Positions 1 to 12,500 of a stretch of DNA of 23,862 bases are shown here, one piece after another (the stretch's first letter is position 1; each line of letters begins with the position of its first letter). The position numbers and the translations under genes were made by a program. The notes below the pieces were generated by a model, which was not told the origin of the DNA, made no database searches, and saw only the letters and a program-made list of their open reading frames with translations. Origin of the DNA: Utricularia gibba (Eukaryota > Plantae > Magnoliophyta); assembly GCA_002189035.1 (NCBI GenBank), contig NEEC01000280.1:1-23862 (forward strand), written 5' to 3'.

Positions 1-372
1 ATCAAATAGCCACTAGAGACATGGTGTATGGGAATGGTGCATCAAGAATCAGAAGTATCATAGCAACTAATTGAATCAATCAACAGCCAAAACATATGGT
101 GTCAAACTTCATCGGATATGCGATCAAGATGGAAAAAAGTCACATGTTACATCATGAATTTCGTGGCATCACTATCCCAACACTGTTGTATACTCAGGAT
201 ATGCGTAAATATTTATTTTTAACAAATCCGGTGCACGTGTGATTTTTCGGCTGCATCCCGAATGGTGATGCGCAATGAAATGACTACGTCGCACATCCTG
301 GTCCGCGAAACACCTCTTGCATAACATGCAGATCCTTGCTCTTCATAGCACACTGTTGGGAAGCCCTTTTCG

Positions 373-422
373 AGCTCCAAGTATTATAATTTGGAGTTAC
401 GTTTGTCCGATAACTGTGGACA
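373..422 (+). other. Pair of adjacent potential stem-loops in the invariant core (recurs in nearly every monomer)
   Basis: AGCTCCAAGT-attata-ATTTGGAGTT (373-398) forms a 10-bp stem with two G:U pairs. TGTCC-gataactgt-GGACA (404-422) forms a 5-bp stem. Both are identical in A and B. The pairing is read from the sequence; function is unknown. Confidence 0.45.
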
Positions 423-3400
423 TATTAAAAAAGGGCCACAACGAAAGGTGTCTCACGTGGCATTCCGTGGTGACTGCATTTAATAATGTGCTTCATGTTC
501 TCGAAATTGATGCGAACAACATACAAGGCAAAAGAATCAAATAGCCACTAGAGACATGGTATACGGGAATGGTGCATCAAGAATCAGAAGTATCATAGCA
601 ACTAAATGCATCAACATATGGTGTCAGAATTCATCTACTATGCGATCAAGTTGGAAAAAAGTCACATGCTACATCATGAATTTCGTGGCATCACTTATCC
701 CAACACTGTTATACACTCTGGATATGCGTAAATATTTATTTTTAATGAATCCCGTGCACGTGTGATTTTTAGGATGCACCCCGAATGATGATGCGCAATG
801 AAATGACTACGTCGCACATCCTGGTCCGCGAAGCACCTCTTGCATAACATGCAGATCCTTGCTCTTCATAGCACACTGTTGGGAAGCCCTTTTCGAGCTC
901 AAGTATTATAATTTGGAGTTACGTTTGTCCGATAACTGTGGACATATTAAAAACAAGCCACAACGAAAAGTGTCTTAGGTGTCCTTTCTTGGTGGCTGCG
1001 TCTAAGAATGTGCTTCTCGTTCTCGACATTGATGCAAATGGGATACACGGCAAAAGAATCAAATAGCCACTAGAGACATGGTGTATGGGAATGGTGCATC
1101 AAGAATCAGAAGTATCATAGCAACTAATTGAATCAATCAACAGCCAAAACATATGGTGTCAAACTTCATCGGATATGCGATCAAGATGGAAAAAAGTCAC
1201 ATGTTACATCATGAATTTCGTGGCATCACTTATCCCAACACTGTTGTATACTCAGGATATGCGTAAATATTTATTTTTAACAAATCCGGTGCACGTGTGA
1301 TTTTTCGGCTGCATCCCGAATGGTGATGCGCAATGAAATGACTACGTCGCACATCCTGGTCCGCGAACACCTCTTGCATAACATGCAGATCCTTGCTCTT
1401 CATAGCACACTGTTGGGAAGCCCTTTTCGAGCTCCAAGTATTATAATTTGGAGTTACGTTTGTCCGATAACTGTGGACATATTAAAAAAGGGCCACAACG
1501 AAAGGTGTCTCACGTGGCATTCCGTGGTGACTGCATTTAATAATGTGCTTCATGTTCTCGAAATTGATGCGAACAACATACAAGGCAAAAGAATCAAATA
1601 GCCACTAGAGACATGGTATACGGGAATGGTGCATCAAGAATCAGAAGTATCATAGCAACTAAATGCATCAACATATGGTGTCAGAATTCATCTACTATGC
1701 GATCAAGTTGGAAAAAAGTCACATGCTACATCATGAATTTCGTGGCATCACTTATCCCAACACTGTTATACACTCTGGATATGCGTAAATATTTATTTTT
1801 AATGAATCCCGTGCACGTGTGATTTTTAGGATGCACCCCGAATGATGATGCGCAATGAAATGACTACGTCGCACATCCTGGTCCGCGAAGCACCTCTTGC
1901 ATAACATGCAGATCCTTGCTCTTCATAGCACACTGTTGGGAAGCCCTTTTCGAGCTCCAAGTATTATAATTTGGAGTTACGTTTGTCCGATAACTGTGGA
2001 CATATTAAAAACAAGCCACAACGAAAAGTGTCTTAGGTGTCCTTTCTTGGTGGCTGCGTCTAAGAATGTGCTTCTCGTTCTCGACATTGATGCAAATGGA
2101 TACACGGCAAAAGAATCAAATAGCCACTAGAGACATGGTGTATGGGAATGGTGCATCAAGAATCAGAAGTATCATAGCAACTAATTGAATCAATCAACAG
2201 CCAAAACATATGGTGTCAAACTTCATCGGATATGCGATCAAGATGGAAAAAAGTCACATGTTACATCATGAATTTCGTGGCATCACTTATCCCAACACTG
2301 TTGTATACTCAGGATATGCGTAAATATTTATTTTTAACAAATCCGGTGCACGTGTGATTTTTCGGCTGCATCCCGAATGGTGATGCGCAATGAAATGACT
2401 ACGTCGCACATCCTGGTCCGCGAAACACCTCTTGCATAACATGCAGATCCTTGCTCTTCATAGCACACTGTTGGGAAGCCCTTTTCGAGCTCCAAGTATT
2501 ATAATTTGGAGTTACGTTTGTCCGATAACTGTGGACATATTAAAAAAGGGCCACAACGAAAGGTGTCTCACGTGGCATTCCGTGGTGACTGCATTTAATA
2601 ATGTGCTTCATGTTCTCGAAATTGATGCGAACAACATACAAGGCAAAAGAATCAAATAGCCACTAGAGACATGGTATACGGGAATGGTGCATCAAGAATC
2701 AGAAGTATCATAGCAACTAAATGCATCAACATATGGTGTCAGAATTCATCTACTATGCGATCAAGTTGGAAAAAAGTCACATGCTACATCATGAATTTCG
2801 TGGCATCACTTATCCCAACACTGTTATACACTCTGGATATGCGTAAATATTTATTTTTAATGAATCCCGTGCACGTGTGATTTTTAGGATGCACCCCGAA
2901 TGATGATGCGCAATGAAATGACTACGTCGCACATCCTGGTCCGCGAAGCACCTCTTGCATAACATGCAGATCCTTGCTCTTCATAGCACACTGTTGGGAA
3001 GCCCTTTTCGAGCTCCAAGTATTATAATTTGGAGTTACGTTTGTCCGATAACTGTGGACATATTAAAAACAAGCCACAACGAAAAGTGTCTTAGGTGTCC
3101 TTTCTTGGTGGCTGCGTCTAAGAATGTGCTTCTCGTTCTCGACATTGATGCAAATGGGATACACGGCAAAAGAATCAAATAGCCACTAGAGACATGGTGT
3201 ATGGGAATGGTGCATCAAGAATCAGAAGTATCATAGCAACTAATTGAATCAATCAACAGCCAAAACATATGGTGTCAAACTTCATCGGATATGCGATCAA
3301 GATGGAAAAAAGTCACATGTTACATCATGAATTTCGTGGCATCACTTATCCCAACACTGTTGTATACTCAGGATATGCGTAAATATTTATTTTTAACAAA

Positions 3401-6400
3401 TCCGGTGCACGTGTGATTTTTCGGCTGCATCCCGAATGGTGATGCGCAATGAAATGACTACGTCGCACATCCTGGTCCGCGAACACCTCTTGCATAACAT
3501 GCAGATCCTTGCTCTTCATAGCACACTGTTGGGAAGCCCTTTTCGAGCTCCAAGTATTATAATTTGGAGTTACGTTTGTCCGATAACTGTGGACATATTA
3601 AAAAAGGGCCACAACGAAAGGTGTCTCACGTGGCATTCCGTGGTGACTGCATAATGTGCTTCATGTTCTCGAAATTGATGCGAACAACATACAAGGCAAA
3701 AGAATCAAATAGCCACTAGAGACATGGTATACGGGAATGGTGCATCAAGAATCAGAAGTATCATAGCAACTAAATGCATCAACATATGGTGTCAGAATTC
3801 ATCTACTATGCGATCAAGTTGGAAAAAAGTCACATGCTACATCATGAATTTCGTGGCATCACTTATCCCAACACTGTTATACACTCTGGATATGCGTAAA
3901 TATTTATTTTTAATGAATCCCGTGCACGTGTGATTTTTAGGATGCACCCCGAATGATGATGCGCAATGAAATGACTACGTCGCACATCCTGGTCCGCGAA
4001 GCACCTCTTGCATAACATGCAGATCCTTGCTCTTCATAGCACACTGTTGGGAAGCCCTTTTCGAGCTCCAAGTATTATAATTTGGAGTTACGTTTGTCCG
4101 ATAACTGTGGACATATTAAAAACAAGCCACAACGAAAAGTGTCTTAGGTGTCCTTTCTTGGCTGCGTCTAAGAATGTGCTTCTCGTTCTCGACATTGATG
4201 CAAATGGGATACACGGCAAAAGAATCAAATAGCCACTAGAGACATGGTGTATGGGAATGGTGCATCAAGAATCAGAAGTATCATAGCAACTAATTGAATC
4301 AATCAACAGCCAAAACATATGGTGTCAAACTTCATCGGATATGCGATCAAGATGGAAAAAAGTCACATGTTACATCATGAATTTCGTGGCATCACTTATC
4401 CCAACACTGTTGTATACTCTGGATATGCGTAAATATTTATTTTTAACAAATCCGGTGCACGTGTGATTTTTCGGCTGCATCCCGAATGGTGATGCGCAAT
4501 GAAATGACTACGTCGCACATCCTGGTCCGCGAAACACCTCTTGCATAACATGCAGATCCTTGCTCTTCATAGCACACTGTTGGGAAGCCCTTTTCGAGCT
4601 CCAAGTATTATAATTTGGAGTTACGTTTGTCCGATAACTGTGGACATATTAAAAAAGGGCCACAACGAAAGGTGTCTCACGTGGCATTCCGTGGTGACTG
4701 CATTTAATAATGTGCTTCATGTTCTCGAAATTGATGCGAACAACATACAAGGCAAAAGAATCAAATAGCCACTAGAGACATGGTATACGGGAATGGTGCA
4801 TCAAGAATCAGAAGTATCATAGCAACTAAATGCATCAACATATGGTGTCAGAATTCATCTACTATGCGATCAAGTTGGAAAAAAGTCACATGCTACATCA
4901 TGAATTTCGTGGCATCACTTATCCCAACACTGTTATACACTCTGGATATGCGTAAATATTTATTTTTAATGAATCCCGTGCACGTGTGATTTTTAGGATG
5001 CACCCCGAATGATGATGCGCAATGAAATGACTACGTCGCACATCCTGGTCCGCGAAGCACCTCTTGCATAACATGCAGATCCTTGCTCTTCATAGCACAC
5101 TGTTGGGAAGCCCTTTTCGAGCTCCAAGTATTATAATTTGGAGTTACGTTTGTCCGATAACTGTGGACATATTAAAAACAAGCCACAACGAAAAGTGTCT
5201 TAGGTGTCCTTTCTTGGTGGCTGCGTCTAAGAATGTGCTTCTCGTTCTCGACATTGATGCAAATGGGATACACGGCAAAAGAATCAAATAGCCACTAGAG
5301 ACATGGTGTATGGGAATGGTGCATCAAGAATCAGAAGTATCATAGCAACTAATTGAATCAATCAACAGCCAAAACATATGGTGTCAAACTTCATCGGATA
5401 TGCGATCAAGATGGAAAAAAGTCACATGTTACATCATGAATTTCGTGGCATCACTTATCCCAACACTGTTGTATACTCAGGATATGCGTAAATATTTATT
5501 TTTAACAAATCCGGTGCACGTGTGATTTTTCGGATGCATCCCGAATGGTGATGCGCAATGAAATGACTACGTCGCACATCCTGGTCCGCGAAGCACCTCT
5601 TGCATAACATGCAGATCCTTGCTCTTCATAGCACACTGTTGGGAAGCCCTTTTCGAGCTCCAAGTATTATAATTTGGAGTTACGTTTGTCCGATAACTGT
5701 GGACATATTAAAAAAGGGCCACAACGAAAGGTGTCTCACGTGGCATTCCGTGGTGACTGCATTTAATAATGTGCTTCATGTTCTCGAAATTGATGCGAAC
5801 AACATACAAGGCAAAAGAATCAAATAGCCACTAGAGACATGGTATACGGGAATGGTGCATCAAGAATCAGAAGTATCATAGCAACTAAATGCATCAACAT
5901 ATGGTGTCAGAATTCATCTACTATGCGATCAAGTTGGAAAAAAGTCACATGCTACATCATGAATTTCGTGGCATCACTTATCCCAACACTGTTATACACT
6001 CTGGATATGCGTAAATATTTATTTTTAATGAATCCCGTGCACGTGTGATTTTTAGGATGCACCCCGAATGATGATGCGCAATGAAATGACTACGTCGCAC
6101 ATCCTGGTCCGCGAAGCACCTCTTGCATAACATGCAGATCCTTGCTCTTCATAGCACACTGTTGGGAAGCCCTTTTCGAGCTCCAAGTATTATAATTTGG
6201 AGTTACGTTTGTCCGATAACTGTGGACATATTAAAAACAAGCCACAACGAAAAGTGTCTTAGGTGTCCTTTCTTGGTGGCTGCGTCTAAGAATGTGCTTC
6301 TCGTTCTCGACATTGATGCAAATGGGATACACGGCAAAAGAATCAAATAGCCACTAGAGACATGGTGTATGGGAATGGTGCATCAAGAATCAGAAGTATC

Positions 6401-8458
6401 ATAGCAACTAATTGAATCAATCAACAGCCAAAACATATGGTGTCAAACTTCATCGGATATGCGATCAAGATGGAAAAAAGTCACATGTTACATCATGAAT
6501 TTCGTGGCATCACTTATCCCAACACTGTTGTATACTCAGGATATGCGTAAATATTTATTTTTAACAAATCCGGTGCACGTGTGATTTTTCGGCTGCATCC
6601 CGAATGGTGATGCGCAATGAAATGACTACGTCGCACATCCTGGTCCGCGAAGCACCTCTTGCATAACATGCAGATCCTTGCTCTTCATAGCACACTGTTG
6701 GGAAGCCCTTTCGAGCTCCAAGTATTATAATTTGGAGTTACGTTTGTCCGATAACTGTGGACATATTAAAAAAGGGCCACAACGAAAGGTGTCTCACGTG
6801 GCATTCCGTGGTGACTGCATTTAATAATGTGCTTCATGTTCTCGAAATTGATGCGAACAACATACAAGGCAAAAGAATCAAATAGCCACTAGAGACATGG
6901 TATACGGGAATGGTGCATCAAGAATCAGAAGTATCATAGCAACTAAATGCATCAACATATGGTGTCAGAATTCATCTACTATGCGATCAAGTTGGAAAAA
7001 AGTCACATGCTACATCATGAATTTCGTGGCATCACTTATCCCAACACTGTTATACACTCTGGATATGCGTAAATATTTATTTTTAATGAATCCCGTGCAC
7101 GTGTGATTTTTAGGATGCACCCCGAATGATGATGCGCAATGAAATGACTACGTCGCACATCCTGGTCCGCGAAGCACCTCTTGCATAACATGCAGATCCT
7201 TGCTCTTCATAGCACACTGTTGGGAAGCCCTTTTCGAGCTCCAAGTATTATAATTTGGAGTTACGTTTGTCCGATAACTGTGGACATATTAAAAACAAGC
7301 CACAACGAAAAGTGTCTTAGGTGTCCTTTCTTGGTGGCTGCGTCTAAGAATGTGCTTCTCGTTCTCGACATTGATGCAAATGGGATACACGGCAAAAGAA
7401 TCAAATAGCCACTAGAGACATGGTGTATGGGAATGGTGCATCAAGAATCAGAAGTATCATAGCAACTAATTGAATCAATCAACAGCCAAAACATATGGTG
7501 TCAAACTTCATCGGATATGCGATCAAGATGGAAAAAAGTCACATGTTACATCATGAATTTCGTGGCATCACTTATCCCAACACTGTTATATACTCAGGAT
7601 ATGCGTAAATATTTATTTTTAACAAATCCGGTGCACGTGTGATTTTTCGGCTGCACCCCGAATGGTGATGCGCAATGAAATGACTACGTCGCACATCCTG
7701 GTCCGCGAAGCACCTCTTGCATAACATGCAGATCCTTGCTCTTCATAGCACACTGTTGGGAAGCCCTTTTCGAGCTCCAAGTATTATAATTTGGAGTTAC
7801 GTTTGTCCGATAACTGTGGACATATTAAAAAAGGGCCACAACGAAAGGTGTCTCACGTGGCATTCCGTGGTGACTGCATTTAATAATGTGCTTCATGTTC
7901 TCGAAATTGATGCGAACAACATACAAGGCAAAAGAATCAAATAGCCACTAGAGACATGGTATACGGGAATGGTGCATCAAGAATCAGAAGTATCATAGCA
8001 ACTAAATGCATCAACATATGGTGTCAGAATTCATCTACTATGCGATCAAGTTGGAAAAAAGTCACATGCTACATCATGAATTTCGTGGCATCACTTATCC
8101 CAACACTGTTATACACTCTGGATATGCGTAAATATTTATTTTTAATGAATCCCGTGCACGTGTGATTTTTAGGATGCACCCCGAATGATGATGCGCAATG
8201 AAATGACTACGTCGCACATCCTGGTCCGCGAAGCACCTCTTGCATAACATGCAGATCCTTGCTCTTCATAGCACACTGTTGGGAAGCCCTTTTCGAGCTC
8301 CAAGTATTATAATTTGGAGTTACGTTTGTCCGATAACTGTGGACATATTAAAAACAAGCCACAACGAAAAGTGTCTTAGGTGTCCTTTCTTGGTGGCTGC
8401 GTCTAAGAATGTGCTTCTCGTTCTCGACATTGATGCAAATGGGATACACGGCAAAAGA

Positions 8459-8994
8459 ATCAAATAGCCACTAGAGACATGGTGTATGGGAATGGTGCAT
8501 CAAGAATCAGAAGTATCATAGCAACTAATTGAATCAATCAACAGCCAAAACATATGGTGTCAAACTTCATCGGATATGCGATCAAGATGGAAAAAAGTCA
8601 CATGTTACATCATGAATTTCGTGGCATCACTTATCCCAACACTGTTGTATACTCAGGATATGCGTAAATATTTATTTTTAACAAATCCGGTGCACGTGTG
8701 ATTTTTCGGCTGCATCCCGAATGGTGATGCGCAATGAAATGACTACGTCGCACATCCTGGTCCGCGAAGCACCTCTTGCATAACATGCAGATCCTTGCTC
8801 TTCATAGCACACTGTTGGGAAGCCCTTTTCGAGCTCCAAGTATTATAATTTGGAGTTACGTTTGTCCGATAACTGTGGACATATTAAAAAAGGGCCACAA
8901 CGAAAGGTGTCTCACGTGGCATTCCGTGGTGACTGCATTTAATAATGTGCTTCATGTTCTCGAAATTGATGCGAACAACATACAAGGCAAAAGA
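8459..8994. repeat. Representative type A monomer (536 bp)
   Basis: Carries the A alleles: GTGTATGGG, the extra 13 bp (TCAACAGCCAAAA), CAAACTTCATCGGA, GTTGTATACTCAGG, AACAAATCCGGTG, TTCGGCTGCATCCCGAATGGTG and the GGGCCACAACGAAAGG...CAACATACAAGG tail. Confidence 0.95.
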
Positions 8995-9517
8995 ATCAAA
9001 TAGCCACTAGAGACATGGTATACGGGAATGGTGCATCAAGAATCAGAAGTATCATAGCAACTAAATGCATCAACATATGGTGTCAGAATTCATCTACTAT
9101 GCGATCAAGTTGGAAAAAAGTCACATGCTACATCATGAATTTCGTGGCATCACTTATCCCAACACTGTTATACACTCTGGATATGCGTAAATATTTATTT
9201 TTAATGAATCCCGTGCACGTGTGATTTTTAGGATGCACCCCGAATGATGATGCGCAATGAAATGACTACGTCGCACATCCTGGTCCGCGAAGCACCTCTT
9301 GCATAACATGCAGATCCTTGCTCTTCATAGCACACTGTTGGGAAGCCCTTTTCGAGCTCCAAGTATTATAATTTGGAGTTACGTTTGTCCGATAACTGTG
9401 GACATATTAAAAACAAGCCACAACGAAAAGTGTCTTAGGTGTCCTTTCTTGGTGGCTGCGTCTAAGAATGTGCTTCTCGTTCTCGACATTGATGCAAATG
9501 GGATACACGGCAAAAGA
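8995..9517. repeat. Representative type B monomer (523 bp)
   Basis: Carries the B alleles: GTATACGGG, no 13-bp insert, CAGAATTCATCTAC (EcoRI site), GTTATACACTCTGG, AATGAATCCCGTG, TTAGGATGCACCCCGAATGATG and the CAAGCCACAACGAAAAG...TGGGATACACGG tail. Confidence 0.95.
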
Positions 9518-12500
9518 ATCAAATAGCCACTAGAGACATGGTGTATGGGAATGGTGCATCAAGAATCAGAAGTATCATAGCAACTAATTGAATCAATCAA
9601 CAGCCAAAACATATGGTGTCAAACTTCATCGGATATGCGATCAAGATGGAAAAAAGTCACATGTTACATCATGAATTTCGTGGCATCACTTATCCCAACA
9701 CTGTTATATACTCTGGATATGCGTAAATATTTATTTTTAATGAATCCGTGCACGTGTGATTTTTCGGATGCATCCCGAATGGTGATGCGCAATGAAATGA
9801 CTACGTCGCACATCCTGGTCCGCGAAGCACCTCTTGCATAACATGCAGATCCTTGCTCTTCATAGCACACTGTTGGGAAGCCCTTTCGAGCTCCAAGTAT
9901 TATAATTTGGAGTTACGTTTGTCCGATAACTGTGGACATATTAAAAAAGGGCCACAACGAAAGGTGTCTCACGTGGCATTCCGTGGTGACTGCATTTAAT
10001 AATGTGCTTCATGTTCTCGAAATTGATGCGAACAACATACAAGGCAAAAGAATCAAATAGCCACTAGAGACATGGTATACGGGAATGGTGCATCAAGAAT
10101 CAGAAGTATCATAGCAACTAAATGCATCAACATATGGTGTCAGAATTCATCTACTATGCGATCAAGTTGGAAAAAAGTCACATGCTACATCATGAATTTC
10201 GTGGCATCACTTATCCCAACACTGTTATACACTCTGGATATGCGTAAATATTTATTTTTAATGAATCCCGTGCACGTGTGATTTTTAGGATGCACCCCGA
10301 ATGATGATGCGCAATGAAATGACTACGTCGCACATCCTGGTCCGCGAAGCACCTCTTGCATAACATGCAGATCCTTGCTCTTCATAGCACACTGTTGGGA
10401 AGCCCTTTTCGAGCTCCAAGTATTATAATTTGGAGTTACGTTTGTCCGATAACTGTGGACATATTAAAAACAAGCCACAACGAAAAGTGTCTTAGGTGTC
10501 CTTTCTTGGTGGCTGCGTCTAAGAATGTGCTTCTCGTTCTCGACATTGATGCAAATGGGATACACGGCAAAAGAATCAAATAGCCACTAGAGACATGGTG
10601 TATGGGAATGGTGCATCAAGAATCAGAAGTATCATAGCAACTAATTGAATCAATCAACAGCCAAAACATATGGTGTCAAACTTCATCGGATATGCGATCA
10701 AGATGGAAAAAAGTCACATGTTACATCATGAATTTCGTGGCATCACTTATCCCAACACTGTTGTATACTCAGGATATGCGTAAATATTTATTTTTAACAA
10801 ATCCGGTGCACGTGTGATTTTTCGGCTGCATCCCGAATGGTGATGCGCAATGAAATGACTACGTCGCACATCCTGGTCCGCGAAGCACCTCTTGCATAAC
10901 ATGCAGATCCTTGCTCTTCATAGCACACTGTTGGGAAGCCCTTTTCGAGCTCCAAGTATTATAATTTGGAGTTACGTTTGTCGATAACTGTGACATATTA
11001 AAAAAGGGCCACAACGAAAGGTGTCTCACGTGGCATTCCGTGGTGACTGCATTTAATAATGTGCTTCATGTTCTCGAAATTGATGCGAACAACATACAAG
11101 GCAAAAGAATCAAATAGCCACTAGAGACATGGTATACGGGAATGGTGCATCAAGAATCAGAAGTATCATAGCAACTAAATGCATCAACATATGGTGTCAG
11201 AATTCATCTACTATGCGATCAAGTTGGAAAAAAGTCACATGCTACATCATGAATTTCGTGGCATCACTTATCCCAACACTGTTATACACTCTGGATATGC
11301 GTAAATATTTATTTTTAATGAATCCCGTGCACGTGTGATTTTTAGGATGCACCCCGAATGATGATGCGCAATGAAATGACTACGTCGCACATCCTGGTCC
11401 GCGAAGCACCTCTTGCATAACATGCAGATCCTTGCTCTTCATAGCACACTGTTGGGAAGCCCTTTTCGAGCTCCAAGTATTATAATTTGGAGTTACGTTT
11501 GTCCGATAACTGTGGACATATTAAAAACAAGCCACAACGAAAAGTGTCTTAGGTGTCCTTTCTTGGTGGCTGCGTCTAAGAATGTGCTTCTCGTTCTCGA
11601 CATTGATGCAAATGGGATACACGGCAAAAGAATCAAATAGCCACTAGAGACATGGTGTATGGGAATGGTGCATCAAGAATCAGAAGTATCATAGCAACTA
11701 ATTGAATCAATCAACAGCCAAAACATATGGTGTCAAACTTCATCGGATATGCGATCAAGATGGAAAAAAGTCACATGTTACATCATGAATTTCGTGGCAT
11801 CACTTATCCCAACACTGTTGTATACTCAGGATATGCGTAAATATTTATTTTTAACAAATCCGGTGCACGTGTGATTTTTCGGCTGCATCCCGAATGGTGA
11901 TGCGCAATGAAATGACTACGTCGCACATCCTGGTCCGCGAAGCACCTCTGCATAACATGCAGATCCTTGCTCTTCATAGCACACTGTTGGGAAGCCCTTT
12001 TCGAGCTCCAAGTATTATAATTTGGAGTTACGTTTGTCCGATAACTGTGGACATATTAAAAAAGGGCCACAACGAAAGGTGTCTCACGTGGCATTCCGTG
12101 GTGACTGCATTTAATAATGTGCTTCATGTTCTCGAAATTGATGCGAACAACATACAAGGCAAAAGAATCAAATAGCCACTAGAGACATGGTATACGGGAA
12201 TGGTGCATCAAGAATCAGAAGTATCATAGCAACTAAATGCATCAACATATGGTGTCAGAATTCATCTACTATGCGATCAAGTTGGAAAAAAGTCACATGC
12301 TACATCATGAATTTCGTGGCATCACTTATCCCAACACTGTTATACACTCTGGATATGCGTAAATATTTATTTTTAATGAATCCCGTGCACGTGTGATTTT
12401 TAGGATGCACCCCGAATGATGATGCGCAATGAAATGACTACGTCGCACATCCTGGTCCGCGAAGCACCTCTTGCATAACATGCAGATCCTTGCTCTTCAT

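Noticed and set aside
9-20. CTAG as a Helitron 3' end or CACTA terminus; CENP-B box candidates
   Set aside because: There is no GC-rich hairpin just upstream of CTAG and no paired CACTA terminus, and the TTCG-N4-A-N2-CGGG core of the CENP-B box is not present on either strand.
347-380. Pol III A-box-like TAGCACACTGT and B-box-like TTCGAGCTCC (tRNA or SINE origin)
   Set aside because: Both are poor matches, they are spaced too closely, and there is no cloverleaf. GGATATGCGATCA only superficially resembles a 5S rRNA start.
386-396. Sm-site-like ATAATTTGGAG suggesting a tandem snRNA or spliced-leader RNA gene
   Set aside because: It has only three U residues, is buried in a stem, and I found no recognisable SL exon with GT donor or U snRNA sequence nearby.
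383-462. TATAAT/TATA-like box and CACGTG(GC) G-box/E-box motifs as a promoter
   Set aside because: These 6-8-mers are expected by chance, there is no downstream gene, and the CACGTGGC copy exists only in A.
317-544. Recurring 75-aa ORF (MHNMQILALH...GKRIK), open in both A and B
   Set aside because: It is short with no recognisable domain or ribosome-binding context. The 23 A/B substitutions cause ~15 amino-acid changes, with only a weak third-position excess (11 of 23). It is repeatedly broken by indels in other copies. This fits a chance frame multiplied by the repeat.
556-765. Recurring 69-aa ORF (MVYGNGASRI...PVHV)
   Set aside because: It is present only in B monomers, and the homologous A sequence has an in-frame TGA and a 13-bp frameshift. 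I recognise no similarity to any protein family.
785-810. Hammerhead-ribozyme-like spacing ATGATGA-N8-GAAA (retrozyme or newt-type satellite idea)
   Set aside because: The conserved C of CUGAUGA is missing, stem II cannot form from TGCGCAAT, no matching stem III with an NUH site was found, and A monomers read ATGGTGA. An Rfam cmscan would settle it.
536-1057. Internal ~175-bp sub-repeats (monomer about 3x a nucleosome repeat; ACACTGTT recurs 170 bp apart)
   Set aside because: The thirds of the monomer do not align by eye beyond the single 8-mer, so the length coincidence alone is not evidence.
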